The notes beneath the pieces are model-generated. The model had not been told where the DNA came from, searched no databases, and saw nothing but the letters and a program-made list of their open reading frames with translations. DNA of 64,000 bases. Origin: Callorhinchus milii (taxonomy: Eukaryota). Every line of letters begins with the position of its first letter. The first letter of the stretch is position 1. Both the position numbers and the translations under genes were made by a program. The stretch spans positions 46,874,001-46,938,000 of the forward strand of contig NW_024704742.1 in NCBI RefSeq assembly GCF_018977255.1, written 5' to 3'. This document shows positions 51,737 through 64,000 of this stretch, piece by piece.

Positions 51737-52069
51737 GGTATGATCAGGGTTAGAACAATTTGTTTAACCTTTTTAGTATATTTTAGATATTCTTCCTATT
51801 CCCTTTATTCAAGGCTTGATGCACCAAATTGGTCTTTTCCACTGTTCCTCATTCCTGTTTCTGATGTTTGTTCCAAGGTGATGACATTAACGGGGACTAT
51901 CCCCTCTCCTGCAGCTTTTCACTGTCCAGGTTTAAAAGAGGATTTTCACCTTACAAAATCTTATTTTCAGCCTTTACTTTCCAATTGTTATCGTCTGTGA
52001 TTAAATGATGGCTCAATAAACTGATTGATTTCTACATTTTATAACATAAATAATCTTTGTAAGTGTAGT

Positions 52070-52460
52070 GAAGACAACTGCTAATGTTCCCACAGCAATG
52101 CCCCACAGACATCCACGAAGCAAATGACCAATTTTATCTGGGGCATTGTTAGCCAGGAAACTAGGATAAATTTTATTGTGTTACAGGTTCTTTAACATTC
52201 ACCTGAAATAAGTAGACAGGACCTTTGTTTGTGGGGTGGCACTCCGGGATTCTACCCCACGTGAAGGGCGCTATATAAATCCAAGTAGTTATTGTTTTAA
52301 AATCTCATTCAAAAGACAGCACTTTGACAATACCTCACACCGTCCAACACTGCATTGAGGTGACAAACTAGACCATGAGCTCCAAGTCCTGAACCTAGGA
52401 TTTGAACCCATAACCCACTGACCCAGAAGTGAGCATGTTACTAACTGAATCAAGCAGATA
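52070..52460 (-). mobile_element. decayed Deu-type SINE with a nested L2 tail (~52232-52296, +)
   Basis: Head at ~52395-52455; GTGAAGGGCGCTATATAAATCCAAG insert. Confidence 0.6.
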
Positions 52461-53305
52461 TATCAACGTTACCAGCACAGATGGGATTGTTTAATGCATG
52501 GCAAAAGATTTGTGTCACGTAAAACCGTTGGCCTCAATATTTGTTCACAGCAAAATAATGTTGCGTTGTGTTTTTATGTCAGATGGAAATTGATTTAGGT
52601 GTGGCTTCAAATAAGAATTCATGAAGAACAGAATTTGTGTGGGTGTCCTTCACTCCTGACTTGAATTAAAATATCGATCAACACAGTCCTGCTTTGTACA
52701 ATCACTATATTTGTCACTCGTGTTTAATTTCATAATAATTACCCAGCTGACCACAAAAAGATTAATTATTTCATACAAGATTAAATTCTTTAATTTTTTT
52801 TCACCATCCTAATGCTTACTTCTCTGGATTATAATTTTAATGTTTTAGGATTTGAACCAAGGCAATACAGTCGGGCTACTGACTGAATACTGTTTTTCAC
52901 AGCTCCCATTATAACCAAATAGAAAAATAAAAAGCTGAACCCAGATGACAAATGTTATGGCTTGGTTACAATGTGATAAGGCACTATAACAAATGCAAGG
53001 ATTATTATTATAATATTCAAGTAGATGTTAAAGATTGTGGAAATTTATTTGAGCATATTGGCTGCTGTATTTGCCTAGAAATGCACAATTACTACCTTTT
53101 ACAGTAAAATGCTGTGAAGCACTTTGAGACATTTTGACAATGTGATAATTGTGCTATATCAAATGCAAGGCTTATTATAAATAGTAGTTTGACAGAATTA
53201 CTCCAAAACTTGTGTTCTGTGGATTAATTAAGCATTTATGCTTTAGTGCACAGTCATTAAAGTACCAATTATTTGGAGACAGGCTTAACTTAGAGAAATT
53301 AAGTT

Positions 53306-53613
53306 AGAGACCTGTAGCTCAGTGGTTAGAGCACTCACCTTGCAAGCGAGACACCTGGGTTCAATTCCAGGCAGGGCAATACCTTGGGCAAGTTTCCTTA
53401 CTCCACACGCCTAATAATAATCCCCCCAAAACAAAACAATTGGTCATTTTCAATCCACCATTGTTTGTGGGACACTGCTGTGCACAATTGGCTGTCGGGT
53501 TTCGCCCACAAATATATGGTGAATTCACTTTACAGCATATTCTGTGAAGCGCTTTGAGACATCTAGAAGATGTGAAAAGCGCTATATCAAATGCAAGGAT
53601 TATTATTGTTATT
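53306..53613 (+). mobile_element. tRNA-derived SINE, short form
   Basis: Full head and tail. Confidence 0.9.
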
Positions 53614-54561
53614 AAACTATTGTCTCTAAAAACCTTTTGTGCATTAAGCTTGTGCACCATGAGGTACACTTGAACTGGGAGTTTAATATGTTAGATAAGT
53701 GCTCAGACTCAAACCTGCCATATATATTCTAGTCCTACATACAACATGGCTGTGATTTATAGAATTATTTGGATTCACTATCGTTCACTATGCTGCAATG
53801 GCTGAAAAGTAATGGGATTTGCAAACAATTTAAATTTTTATGAATTGTCTATAATGTTGTCACTTTATTATACTGTATCCAATTATTTTATCTGACAAAG
53901 GCCAAAGAGTATTGACCTCTACCCTTCTTGTCATCATCTTGGAAATGGCAGCCTCATGCTTCTGCGCCTTATCTCGTGGGTTTCTTTACTGGAGGACGGC
54001 GACCTCCTTCTGCCCCCACCCACCGGCCACTCATCTAAAAATACAGTTACAGTGTTATATGGGTTAGGGTTCCACAGAGCTGAATATCCCACAGGTACAG
54101 AGAAAGGAATCTCAATTGGCCTTCTACCAATCTAAGTTTTCTACATTTACATAAATAGCTTTTATCAAATATCTTTCAAAAATCAAACTAAGCGATACAC
54201 ACCAAATACCCTTCATCCATTAATTAGTTATTTTTTCAAAGAATTCCAGTTGGTTTGTGAGGCATGGCTTATTGTGACCTATATACTCTTTATCTGAGTA
54301 TTGATATTGAGTGCCCTTTGAAATGCATTTGAACATTTTACTTATTATACAGTAGGGACAGCCTGGTCTATAATTCCCCCAATTCATATTTCATGTACCT
54401 GAATATCAGGAAAATACTTTCAGTCCTTGAATCCTCTGGTACATCTCTCTCTCTCATTAATCAAGACCGAGCCCATGCTGGTCTCAACGTGGGGTCTAAT
54501 TTACACATTTTTTTAATAGTATTACTTAGTAAAGAATCACACAAATAGGAACTCCTTCAAA

Positions 54562-54711
54562 CATCCAGGATCGCCAGACTACACTACCTACCTCACCCCT
54601 CACGCTGCTGAAACACTGGTCCACGCCTTTATCACCTCAAGGCTGGACTACGGGAACTCTCTCCTCGTCGGCCTTCCCGGCACCTCCCTCCACAAGCTGC
54701 AGGTCATTCAG
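54562..54711 (+). mobile_element. internal fragment of the young L2
   Basis: Near identical to 61125-61267. Confidence 0.85.
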
Positions 54712-54999
54712 AATAATAATAATAATAATAATCCTTGCATTTGATATAGCACTTTTCACGTCTTCTAGGCGTCCCAAAGCGCTTCACAGAATATACTGTA
54801 AAGTTAATTGACTGTATATTTGTGGGCGAACGCGGCAGCCAATTGCGCACAGCAATGTCCCACAAACAGTCATGGACTAAAAATGACCAATTTATTATTG
54901 TTTTTGTTTTTTGGAGGGATTATTATTAGGCGTGTGGAGTAAGGAAACTTCCCCAAGGTTTCGCCCTCTGCCTGGAATTGAACTCAGGTCTCTCACTTG
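54712..54999 (-). mobile_element. tRNA-derived SINE, short form, head truncated
   Basis: (AAT)n tail and body. Confidence 0.85.
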
Positions 55000-55230
55000 A
55001 GATTTGGAGATTTTGTTTTATAGCGAGGATTGTCAGGACATGGAATGCCTTACCTGGCACCATGGTTGAGGCAGAATCCAACTGTTAAGAGAGATTTAGA
55101 TAAATAACTGAAAAAGTGAAATATAATAGGATATGAGAAAAAGGCAGGAGAATGGGACTAAATGGACAACTTTCAGAGAGTCAGCACGATAGGCTAAATG
55201 GCCATGTTCTGTGTTATATATTTCTATTCA
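55000..55230 (+). mobile_element. decayed CR1 3' end
   Basis: RIVRTWNALP..VEAES codons and CR1-like 3'UTR. Confidence 0.65.
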
Positions 55231-55578
55231 ATGGAAGTACAAGCAGATAGATTAAACAGTTTTCAGTCTGCTAGAAATGGGTCAGCACTTGAGCCTGATC
55301 AAATATTGTATGATAGATTGACACTAAAACACCAGATAGCCAGACTAATGGGTGGGGGAGCGGGGAGAGGGGGGGGGAGGGGGGGAGGATCTGGTCCGGT
55401 GAGCCAGAATTTCCGGCTAAGTGTAATTACAATGCCAGTAACGGCATTTTTCGTAATTGCACGAGCAGAAGATAGCGAATATGCATAATAATAATAAAAT
55501 AATAACAATAATCTGCTCACGGATTATTATTATTTGCAGGATTCAAACGGTCTGAGTCAAAGTCAATATCCCTGGCCA

Positions 55579-55803
55579 TTAATAATAATAATAATCTTTG
55601 CATTTGATATAGCGCTTTTTCACATCTTCTCGACGTCTCAAAGCACCTCACAGAATAGACTATAAAGTGGATTGACCGTATATTTGTGGGCGAAACGCGG
55701 CAGCCAATTGCGCAAAGTAGTGTCCCACAAACAGTTGTGGATTGAAAATGACCAATTCATTATTGTTTTGTTTTGGAGGGATTATTATTAGGCGTGTGGA
55801 GTA
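55579..55803 (-). mobile_element. SINE short form lacking its head
   Basis: Tail and body up to GGCGTGTGGAGTA. Confidence 0.85.
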
Positions 55804-57789
55804 CCATTAGCAAGGACGATGGGGCTGCTCAGTGTGGCGTTAGCAGTGAACCAGCAAGAGTCTATAACAAGTCTATAGACTTGTTATTCTTTTTTAGCTT
55901 TTGGGTTTTGGGTTGGATTCTAATTCTGGATACCTGTAAAACGGGGGTTCACTGTAAACTTAATATTGCAATAAACTAACTTGATTCACAATCCCTGTTT
56001 CTGTGATTTTGTGATATGCAGACTTTCCCGTTTGAAAGTTTCTCTGCTTCAGAAAACTTCTGTTAGGTGCAAAGTGAGTTTCCTTTACTACTACCACCCT
56101 ACTCTCTGGAACTCTCAGCCTCAATCACGCCGTCTTGCTCCATCTTTAGTTATCTTTAAATCCTACATGAAAATCTATGTCTTCACATAGTGCTTATGGT
56201 CACTTCTCCCTCCTTCTTCTCTTGTGTTCAGCATCCAAACCCTTCACTGTACAGCACTCAAGAGACATTATCCTACCTGAAGGATGTTATAGAAATGAAC
56301 GTTATTGTTGAGTCACTCATTTGCTCAGTTTACTTATTCCACTGAACATTTTAGAAAATAGACGTATATGAAACATTTGTCTTTCACTGTTTTGTTATTT
56401 CGTTCTCTGAACTCCTGATTTTCCCAGAGGTATTCTTTCAATTTCAATGTTTGTATTTATTAACATTTTTTATTTTGTGCAAATTGCAGGAATTTCCCCC
56501 ATCGCATGGCAAACCATATCCAAATTATACAAATTTTACAGTCTTGAACTTTTGAAAACTTATATGTCTCCACTGTTGAACTTTATTTAAAAATTAAATT
56601 GTCAACAGACCAGAATAGCAATGTTATGCAGCATTCATATGAGCCTTCAGCAACTGTATGAGTGTGCGTGGGAGGTGCAGGAGGAAGACAACCAGTGTTG
56701 TCGGCTTACATTGTGTCCTCTATAGTTAGCAAATGCACAAATAAATAACTAAATAACTAAATATGAACTTGTTCCTGAAACAGAATCTCTGTGTGGAAGC
56801 AGGAAAGGGGAAATCTCATCATGAATCATAATTACACCCTAGAGTCAAATCACTGTGAATAATGAAAGAAGGCAAATAAAGCCCGATCAGTGTAAAGAAC
56901 AGAGAAATGGGCTCTGCTGAGATTATTGAAAGTGACAGCTCCTTTCATGCTTACCACTGGCAGTGATTTCAACCTGTAGCAGTGCCACATCTTATTACAG
57001 TAGAACATCTTGGCTCAGAGGAGTCAGGTCACAGAAGCTATGGCATTTAAATTAAAATATATATTAAATATGGAAGACGTACTAACCATAGGCACAGTAA
57101 AGAGTAGACTTTAAAATTGGAACATACTGAACAAAATTGTAAAACTGATTACAGATACATGTTAAATGCCAAATTTGCAGGGTTTTGGTTTTACATAAAA
57201 GCTTTTACATTAAGGCAAAGGCAGCTTTGGGCAAAGGTGTATTAAGTAGTCTGAATATAGTTATTAAAGTAGAATTTGAACATTTTCTAGACGAAGTGAG
57301 CGGTATTAAGGCTATTATAAAGGTTTAATGGCAATAACCACAGACTCACTGCCAAGCTAATCACAACCTAAACTATTGGGTATCAGGTTTCCTCCAGCAA
57401 ACTTACCAACTATGGCTGAAATTATTTAAATTTACCAGGATTAATCAGGACAATTTATCAATATATGTGTGAAAGTGACAGGTTTATTACGATGGCGGGA
57501 ATTACAAAGGGGAAAATGACAATCAAAATTGAATACCGAAGATCGCCTAGAACTCTGAACTGGAACATTTCGAATCTTTAAAAGAATGCAAAGAAATGAT
57601 AGAAGAATTTGTAGGCAATCAATCATACTTAGTAATGACAGAGAGCCATCACAGAGGATGGTCCATCATTTTGAGTAATGGCAGCCAAACTTTAAAGTTT
57701 CAAAAGACTATTACAAAGCAATAGATTACCTGAAAGAGTTCAACATTTCAATTTAGGCAGATCAGAGTCTGAAGAAAATACTGAAAGAT

Positions 57790-58200
57790 AAAGTTAAAAA
57801 AAATGGTAGTTTGAAATATGTGCTGAATGGAAATGTACTTCAGGTGACATAATAGGAGCATGATGTTTGAGATTTGATTGACGGATCACTAAAATTATTG
57901 ATATTGTGTTCCAGGATAGTTAAAAAGGCAAAGAATTTGTTGGAATATTCAGCATCGGGGATAAAGTACAAGTCATGAACATTGGATTTAAAATTGCACC
58001 TAGCCTCGGTCACAGTTTTGGTCTCCCTATTTCAGAAAATATATTCATTCAGTTGTTGGAGGGAATGTAGCAGAGGATACATTAGGGTACAGAAATATAC
58101 ATTTGTATAGCGCCTTTCACATCAGGAGGATGCCTCGAAATTTGTTCTAGAATTTAGGTGACAGACCATATGAGGAATGATTGCCAACACCAAAGGTCCA
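57790..58200 (+). mobile_element. decayed CR1 ORF2 fragment with a nested L2 tail
   Basis: VKKAKNLL, QFWSPYFRK and PYEE-like codons. Confidence 0.55.
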
Positions 58201-59354
58201 AAATTCCACCTTGACTTATGCTGTAAGACTGACCTATCTTAAAATTTAAGATCAGGCAGAATTGTGGAAAATTCTTAAAATAATTCTTAATTTAATGCAG
58301 TTCCAGAAAGAGAAACCAACTTCCAAATTAACACTTAATTTAAGAATTTTCCATAATTCTGCACAAATTTTACATATTAAGACAAAATAGCCTTGTAACC
58401 TTATTAGTAGGTGGAAGTTACAGGCAGACCTCAGACTTCTCTCTCCTGATCTATCCCAAATCAGGGTTCTACCCTGTGAAGGTTCCTTCAAGTGCACCAA
58501 CTATTTAAGACTTACAAATAATCTTAAATGTACACCTGCATACACTTTTAAGATGCATGCACACAACAATGGGGTTAAAAAAAGGCTCCTCAAGCAAATG
58601 GTATGCTTACTTGGCTCCTCACTGTCAGAAAACGTGCCTTACAACATATACTGTGGCTCATACAGGGAAACCCATGCACATCATACTGACTTGCAAGATT
58701 TGAGCTTTGAGGCAATTTTGGGTTGGAGCCAAGACATCAAATGCCAGTATGACTTATTTGAGTTCATCTGCAGAAAATGCAACTTAGGTCCAAAGGCACA
58801 TTTCCTTTTTCTGGCATGAGAAATCAGCAATGCTACTACTTTTCTCAGGAGTATTTTTGCAATCCCAGTATGTGCAACACGTTTGACACTGAAGTTAATG
58901 ATTTCATTTTTAGCATTGTTTTCCACAATAAGGATAGAATACAAAATAACCTGCAAAGTAAAGCAAAATTGTCCAAAATGCACATAGTATTCCAGATGTG
59001 GTTTTATCAAGGAGACATTAATACTGAGATCCTATCTGCCTGCTGAAGTGGACATTTAAATTCTCATTGCACTGGTGAAAAGAGAAGGGACTTTCTTCCA
59101 ATGTCCTAGCCAACAGTTTATTCACATCAACAACACCAGCAAATTGCATTTGCTTCACAATGGGAGGATATCCCAAGACACTGTATGTCCACCCAATGTG
59201 AAAGGCACTCTATAAATACAATCTACAGTCAATTAACTTTACAGTATATTCTGCAAAGTGCTTTGAGATATCTCGAAGTCGTGCTAAGGCGCTTTATTAA
59301 ATGCAATGAAACCACATCTGGAATACTATTAATATTATTATTATCTATTATTAT

Positions 59355-61803
59355 CTTATCTCAAGGACACCATTTGCCCTATCCCCATACTCCTCTGGCT
59401 CTTTCCCCTCTTTTGAGCACCTCACCCTCTCCCACCTCTCCCATCTCTCACTCAAAATCCTCCTCCTCTACCGGCCCGCTAAAACCTCTCCCACCTTCAT
59501 CTCCAATATTTCTAACCTCCTAACATCTTTCTGCCTCTGCTCTGATTGCCTCATCATCCTGGGCGACTTCAACCTGCACTTCACCCCCTCTTGCTCCATC
59601 TCCTCGGACTTCTCCTCCCTCCTCTCCTCGTTCAACCTCTCCCTCCACATCAATTCCGCCACTCACATTCACGGCCACCCACTCGATTTGGTAATCACCC
59701 GGGGCCACAGTGTCTCGGATGTCACCATTACCGACAAGGCCATCTCTGATCACCACTTCATCTCCTTCACCACCTCCACTCCCCTCCCTACCTCCACCAG
59801 ACCTACCACCATCTTCTACCGCCCCTGGAAGAAGTTACCCCCACAATCCCTAACCGCTGCCTTGGAGTCCTCTGAACTCCTCTCCCTCTGGTCTTCATCC
59901 CTCACTGACCCCTCTTCTGCTCTCACCCTCCTCCACAACACCCTCTCCTCCATACTCGACACTCTTGCCCCCATCACCTCCCGTACTGTCTCTTACTCTT
60001 GCTCCTCCCCCTGGTTCACCACCCACCTCCACTCACTGAAGAGCCAGGTGTGGGCTGCTGAATGCACCTGCCTCAAATCTGGCCTAACAGTCACTGCCCC
60101 TTCAACTTCCACCCATCCCCTACCCCTTCCCTCCCACACTCCGACTCCTACCCATCCTCCCCTACACACCTTCGAACCCGTTTCCCCACCCTCTGTCACC
60201 AACCTCATCCTGTCCCTGAAACCCACCACCTGCTCCCTTGACCCCATCCCCACTCCAATCCTTATCTCTCAGCTCCACCTCCTCGCCCCACTTCTCACAG
60301 ACATCGTCAACCTGTCCCTCCCCTCTGGCTCTGTTTCCATTCCCCTAAAAACTGCCATCATCACTCCCACATTGAAAAATCCCTCCCTTGATGCATCGCA
60401 GCTATCAAACTACCGGCCCATCTCCAACCTCCCCTTCCTGTCCAAGGTCCTTGAAAGAGTTGTTGCCTCCCAGCTGCACTCTTTCCTCTCCACCCATTCA
60501 TTATTTGAACCCCTTCAGTTAGGTTTCCGTGCTGCCCATAGCACATCGCCCTGGTCAAGGTCACTAATGACATCTTGACCATCTGCGACCAGGGCTCCCG
60601 CTGCCTCCTCATCCTCCTCGACCTATCTGCCACATTCAATACGGTCGACCACGCTATCCTCCTCTACCGCTTGTCCTCCCACCTCAACCTTCAAGGCCCT
60701 GTCCTTGAGTGGTTTAGGTCCTACCTCTCCCACCATCTTCATTTTGTTTCCACTAACGGCTTTTCCTCCACCCCCCGCACTGTCTCGTGCGGTATCCCTC
60801 AGGGGATGCGGATGACACCCAACTCTACCTTTCCTCCTCTACCCTCAACTCCACGACCACCGATGTCCTGACAGCTGCCTGTCTGACAATGAGTCCCGGA
60901 CAAGAGACAACTTTCTTCAGCTCAACGTGCACAAAACTGAGGCCCTCCTGATTGGCTCACGTCAGCGCCTCCGCACCTCAGGCGCTGACACCATCAGCAT
61001 CCAAGGCTGCACTCTCCACCTCTCAAACCCAGTCAGGAACCTTGGGGTTCTGTTCGACCCTGAGCTGTTCTTTCTTCCCCACATCCGCGCCACAACTGGC
61101 ACCGCCTTCCACCACCTCCGGAATATCGCCAGACTACGGCACTACCTCACCCCTCACGCTGCTGAAACTCTGGACCACGCCTTTATCACCTCAAGGCTGG
61201 ACTATGGGAACTCTCTCCTCGCCGGCCTTCCCGGCACCTCCCTCCACAAGCTGCAGGTCATTCAGAACTCTGCAGCTCGTGTACTGTCCCGCACCAGGCT
61301 TCGGGACCACATCACTCCCACCCTCGCTCGCCTCCACTGGCTCCCCATCCCCCAGAGGATCAAATTCAAGTTCCTCATCCTCACCTACAAGGCCATTCAC
61401 GGCCTCGCTCCCTCCTACACCTCCGACCTACTATCCCCCTACCTACCTGCCCGTACCCTCCGTTCCTCTGGCTCCGGTCTGCTCCACATCCCCCGCCCCA
61501 ACCGCCCTACCATCGGTGGCCGGGCCTTCAGCCTCTCAGCCCCGAGGCTCTGGAATTCCATTCCCCAGTGCCTTCGCCTTGCTTCCTCCCTTTCCTCCTT
61601 CAAGGCTGGTCTCAAGACCTTTCTCTTCAACCGTGTCTTCAGCTCCCCTCTCTACTCTCTACCCCCTCCTCATTCCCTCCCTACCCTCCCCTTACCCTTT
61701 CCATTTCCCCGCTGCTCGGGTCCCGACCTAACTGTCCAGCGCCTTGGAACGTCCTCCCGACATGAAAGGCGCTCTATAAATGAAATCTTGTTGTTGTTGT
61801 TGT
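59355..61803 (+). mobile_element. young 5'-truncated L2 LINE with two internal deletions
   Basis: Colinear with 1681-4453; GDFN, SDH and [15 protein letters not shown] motifs; intact C-terminal ORF 60927-61811; (TTG)n tail. Confidence 0.95.
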
Positions 61804-62164
61804 TTCACTGACAAACAGAAAGTAATGCCTATTGCTTTGGGCCTCGTCGGGTACATTTCATTCTTGGAGCTGCTTGGTGCAAACAACTTGAATTTGGGTG
61901 AATCCTATTTGATGAATAATAAATGGGAATTCACAAGCTTCAGGCATAGAAAGGTGCTGTTGTAAATGCCCTTTGCTTGAGAGCATAACCATTGTTATAA
62001 ATGCAACGTATTGCTGCAAATGACTGTTGAATTTGAGTTAATTACTACATTTAAAAGCAAATTAGGTAACAATATAAAGATTAAAGATGCTTTAAAGGTC
62101 AAGGCAGAAGAGAATGAAAAAAGGGATGAGAGCACATCTAAAAGCACTTAACACGGTAAGTGAC

Positions 62165-62442
62165 CTCTTTGACCGTGCCTTCAGCTCCCCTCTCGACTCT
62201 CTTCCCCCTCCTCGCTCCCTCCCTTCCCTCCCCTCACCCTGACCATTTCCCCCCTCCTTGCTCCCTCCCTTCCCTCCCCTCACCCTGACCATTTCCCCCC
62301 TCCTCGCTCCCTCCCTTCCCTCCCCTCACCCTGACCATTTCCCCCTTGCTCGGGTCATGACCCAACTGTGCAGCGCCCTGGGACGTCCTCCTGACGTGAA
62401 AGGCGCTTTATAAATGGAATCTTGTTGTCTTGTTGTTGTTGT
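62165..62442 (+). mobile_element. short young L2 3' end with three copies of a ~45-bp unit
   Basis: CCCCTCCTCGCTCCCTCCCTTCCCTCCCCTCACCCTGACCATTT present three times, then stem-loop and tail. Confidence 0.9.
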
Positions 62443-62555
62443 AAACTGTGAACATTTGTAATTGTATTTTGTAGGCGGATGAAGATAACTTCTATGGAGA
62501 GGAAGTACAATGCAATGGATTGAAAAGCTTTTTTCTATGCTAAAATTTCTATAAT

Positions 62556-62928
62556 ATAAGAATCTTTGCATTTGATATAGTGCCTTATCATATCTTTGAG
62601 ATGCCTCAAAGCTCTTCACTAAATATACTGTAAAGTTAATTGACTGTATATTTTGTGGGCGAAACATGGCAACCAATTGCGCATAGCAGTGTCCCACAAA
62701 CAGTCGTGGATTGAGTGACCAAATTATTATTATTTATATTTTTGAAGGGATTATTACCGCTGGAAAAGCGATCTGCCAATCAACTAACAACTGTGTTCCT
62801 ACTTACTGCTAGGTAAACAGAGTCACGTGGAGTAAGGAAACTTGCCTAAGGTTTCGCCCGCTCAGGAATCAAACTCAGATCCTCTCGCTCGCGAGGCGAG
62901 TGCTCTAACCACTAAGCTACAGGACTCC
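62556..62928 (-). mobile_element. tRNA-derived SINE, long form
   Basis: Head, central block and tail. Confidence 0.9.
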
Positions 62929-63067
62929 TATCCAGAGACATAAAAAGACAGCTAAACTAATTCAGAAATACTGCAAATCATAACAGGATTACTTCAACAT
63001 AGAGAACACAATTATTGCTGTCACAGTTACGTCAGAGAAAACACGATTATTGTTGCCAAAGTTATTT

Positions 63068-63510
63068 AAATAGAAATTTATGGCATAGAAGGAGCCATTC
63101 GGCCCATCGAGTCTGCATCAGCTCTTAGAGCAAATTGTCCATTTAATCCCGCTGCCCTGATTTATCCTCAAACCCTGTCAAGTTTGTATCCTTCATAAAT
63201 CTGTCTTCTTACCTCAAGAAGCCCACAATGGATTCTGTTTCTATCACTTTACTCATTCAGGGCAATTCACATCCCAATAACTCCCTGAGAGAAAACATTT
63301 CATCCAAGCTCTCCTTTCGCTCTTCTTCGAATTATCTTGGAACCAAATCCCTGACTCTCCTACTAGTAGAAATAGCTTCTCTCTGTTTACCCTGTCAAAA
63401 TCCCCAATAATTTTGTAAACCTCTATCAGCCTCTCAACTTTCTCTACTGCAATGAAAATAGACCCAACATCTCCATAAGTAACAAAAGCTTCGCAACCTT
63501 GGTATAATTT
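63068..63510 (-). mobile_element. decayed CR1 3' fragment
   Basis: GGAGCCATTCGGCCCATCGAGTCTGC on the plus strand is the reverse of a shark-type CR1 3' end. Confidence 0.7.
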
Positions 63511-63683
63511 CTACAGAGATCACAATTATTGTTGCCAAAGTTATTTTTACAGGAATACAATTATTGCTGTCACATTTAACATGCATTGTGCATGTGTGCA
63601 TTCGTTAGGCTTGAAAGTGACAATTTAATACAAACTCTTATAGACACCATTTCTTCTACACAAAGCAACACCGAGATATTTGT

Positions 63684-64000
63684 TTGGTCATTTGGGTATC
63701 TGACACAAGTGGAAACCCAGAATCATACTTAAGAATATTTAATCCAATGTTAGTTCCATATATGCTACCTACACATGGAAATGTATGGAATGAGATACAC
63801 ACTCTCTACCGTGAGGGATACATCGTGATTACCTAATTCAGGCAGAGATTGGCAAGACCCAAGGCTTGAAGACCTCAGAGTGTCCATTGGGGTAATGCTG
63901 GAGTTAAACAGCTAAAATTGCAAAGCTTGCCATTGAAGCACTGTCTGGTAAGATTCCCATTGAAGATGGAACTTGCAACATAGATTTGGAGATGAAAAGA
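63684..64000 (+). mobile_element. MITE-family copy, left TIR and interior, running off the window
   Basis: TTGGTCATTTGGGTATCTGACACAAGTGGAAACCC...CATACTTAA matches 403-500; interior matches 26640-26780. Confidence 0.65.

Noticed and set aside
4453..59355. Composite transposon or inversion bounded by the two inverted L2 copies
   Set aside because: No shared flanks or TSD seen, and L2 does not move by a TIR mechanism; an inversion cannot be tested without an orthologue.
60952..61731. 259-aa Ser/Pro-rich overlapping ORF and the many Gly/Glu/Arg-rich antisense ORFs
   Set aside because: Alternative-frame shadows of C-rich L2 sequence.
59688..61811. 296-aa and 294-aa ORFs as an active retrotransposon or host gene
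   Set aside because: L2 ORF2 pieces with a truncated endonuclease, deleted RT core and frameshifts.
62195..62345. Possible CRISPR-like or regulatory repeat array
   Set aside because: Tandem units without spacers inside an L2 3'UTR, in eukaryotic DNA.

Overview
Eukaryotic, AT-rich, repeat-dense intronic or intergenic DNA. The repeat content (L2 and CR1 LINEs, tRNA-derived SINEs, Deu-domain SINEs, a shark-type Penelope end) points to a cartilaginous fish, possibly a chimaera; this is inferred, not verified. No intact protein-coding gene could be identified, and most listed ORFs are L2 fragments or their antisense shadows. Main observations: (1) an intronless, deleted RNASEH2A retro-pseudogene at ~5.9-6.56 kb that has lost its catalytic DEAG motif; (2) two young ~2.5-2.8 kb L2 copies, 55 kb apart and inverted, that share the same 5' end inside the endonuclease and the same 1-bp frameshift after YADD, suggesting a non-autonomous L2 derivative; (3) three short L2 3' ends with a shared truncation point and a variable ~45-bp repeat; (4) a tRNA-Ala-like SINE whose 3' stem-loop covaries with the L2 stem-loop but has a different loop; (5) a Penelope-type minimal hammerhead ribozyme motif; (6) a long-TIR MITE-like family; (7) a perfect 33-bp hairpin and several rearranged or nested elements. 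Repeat boundaries were read by eye and are approximate.
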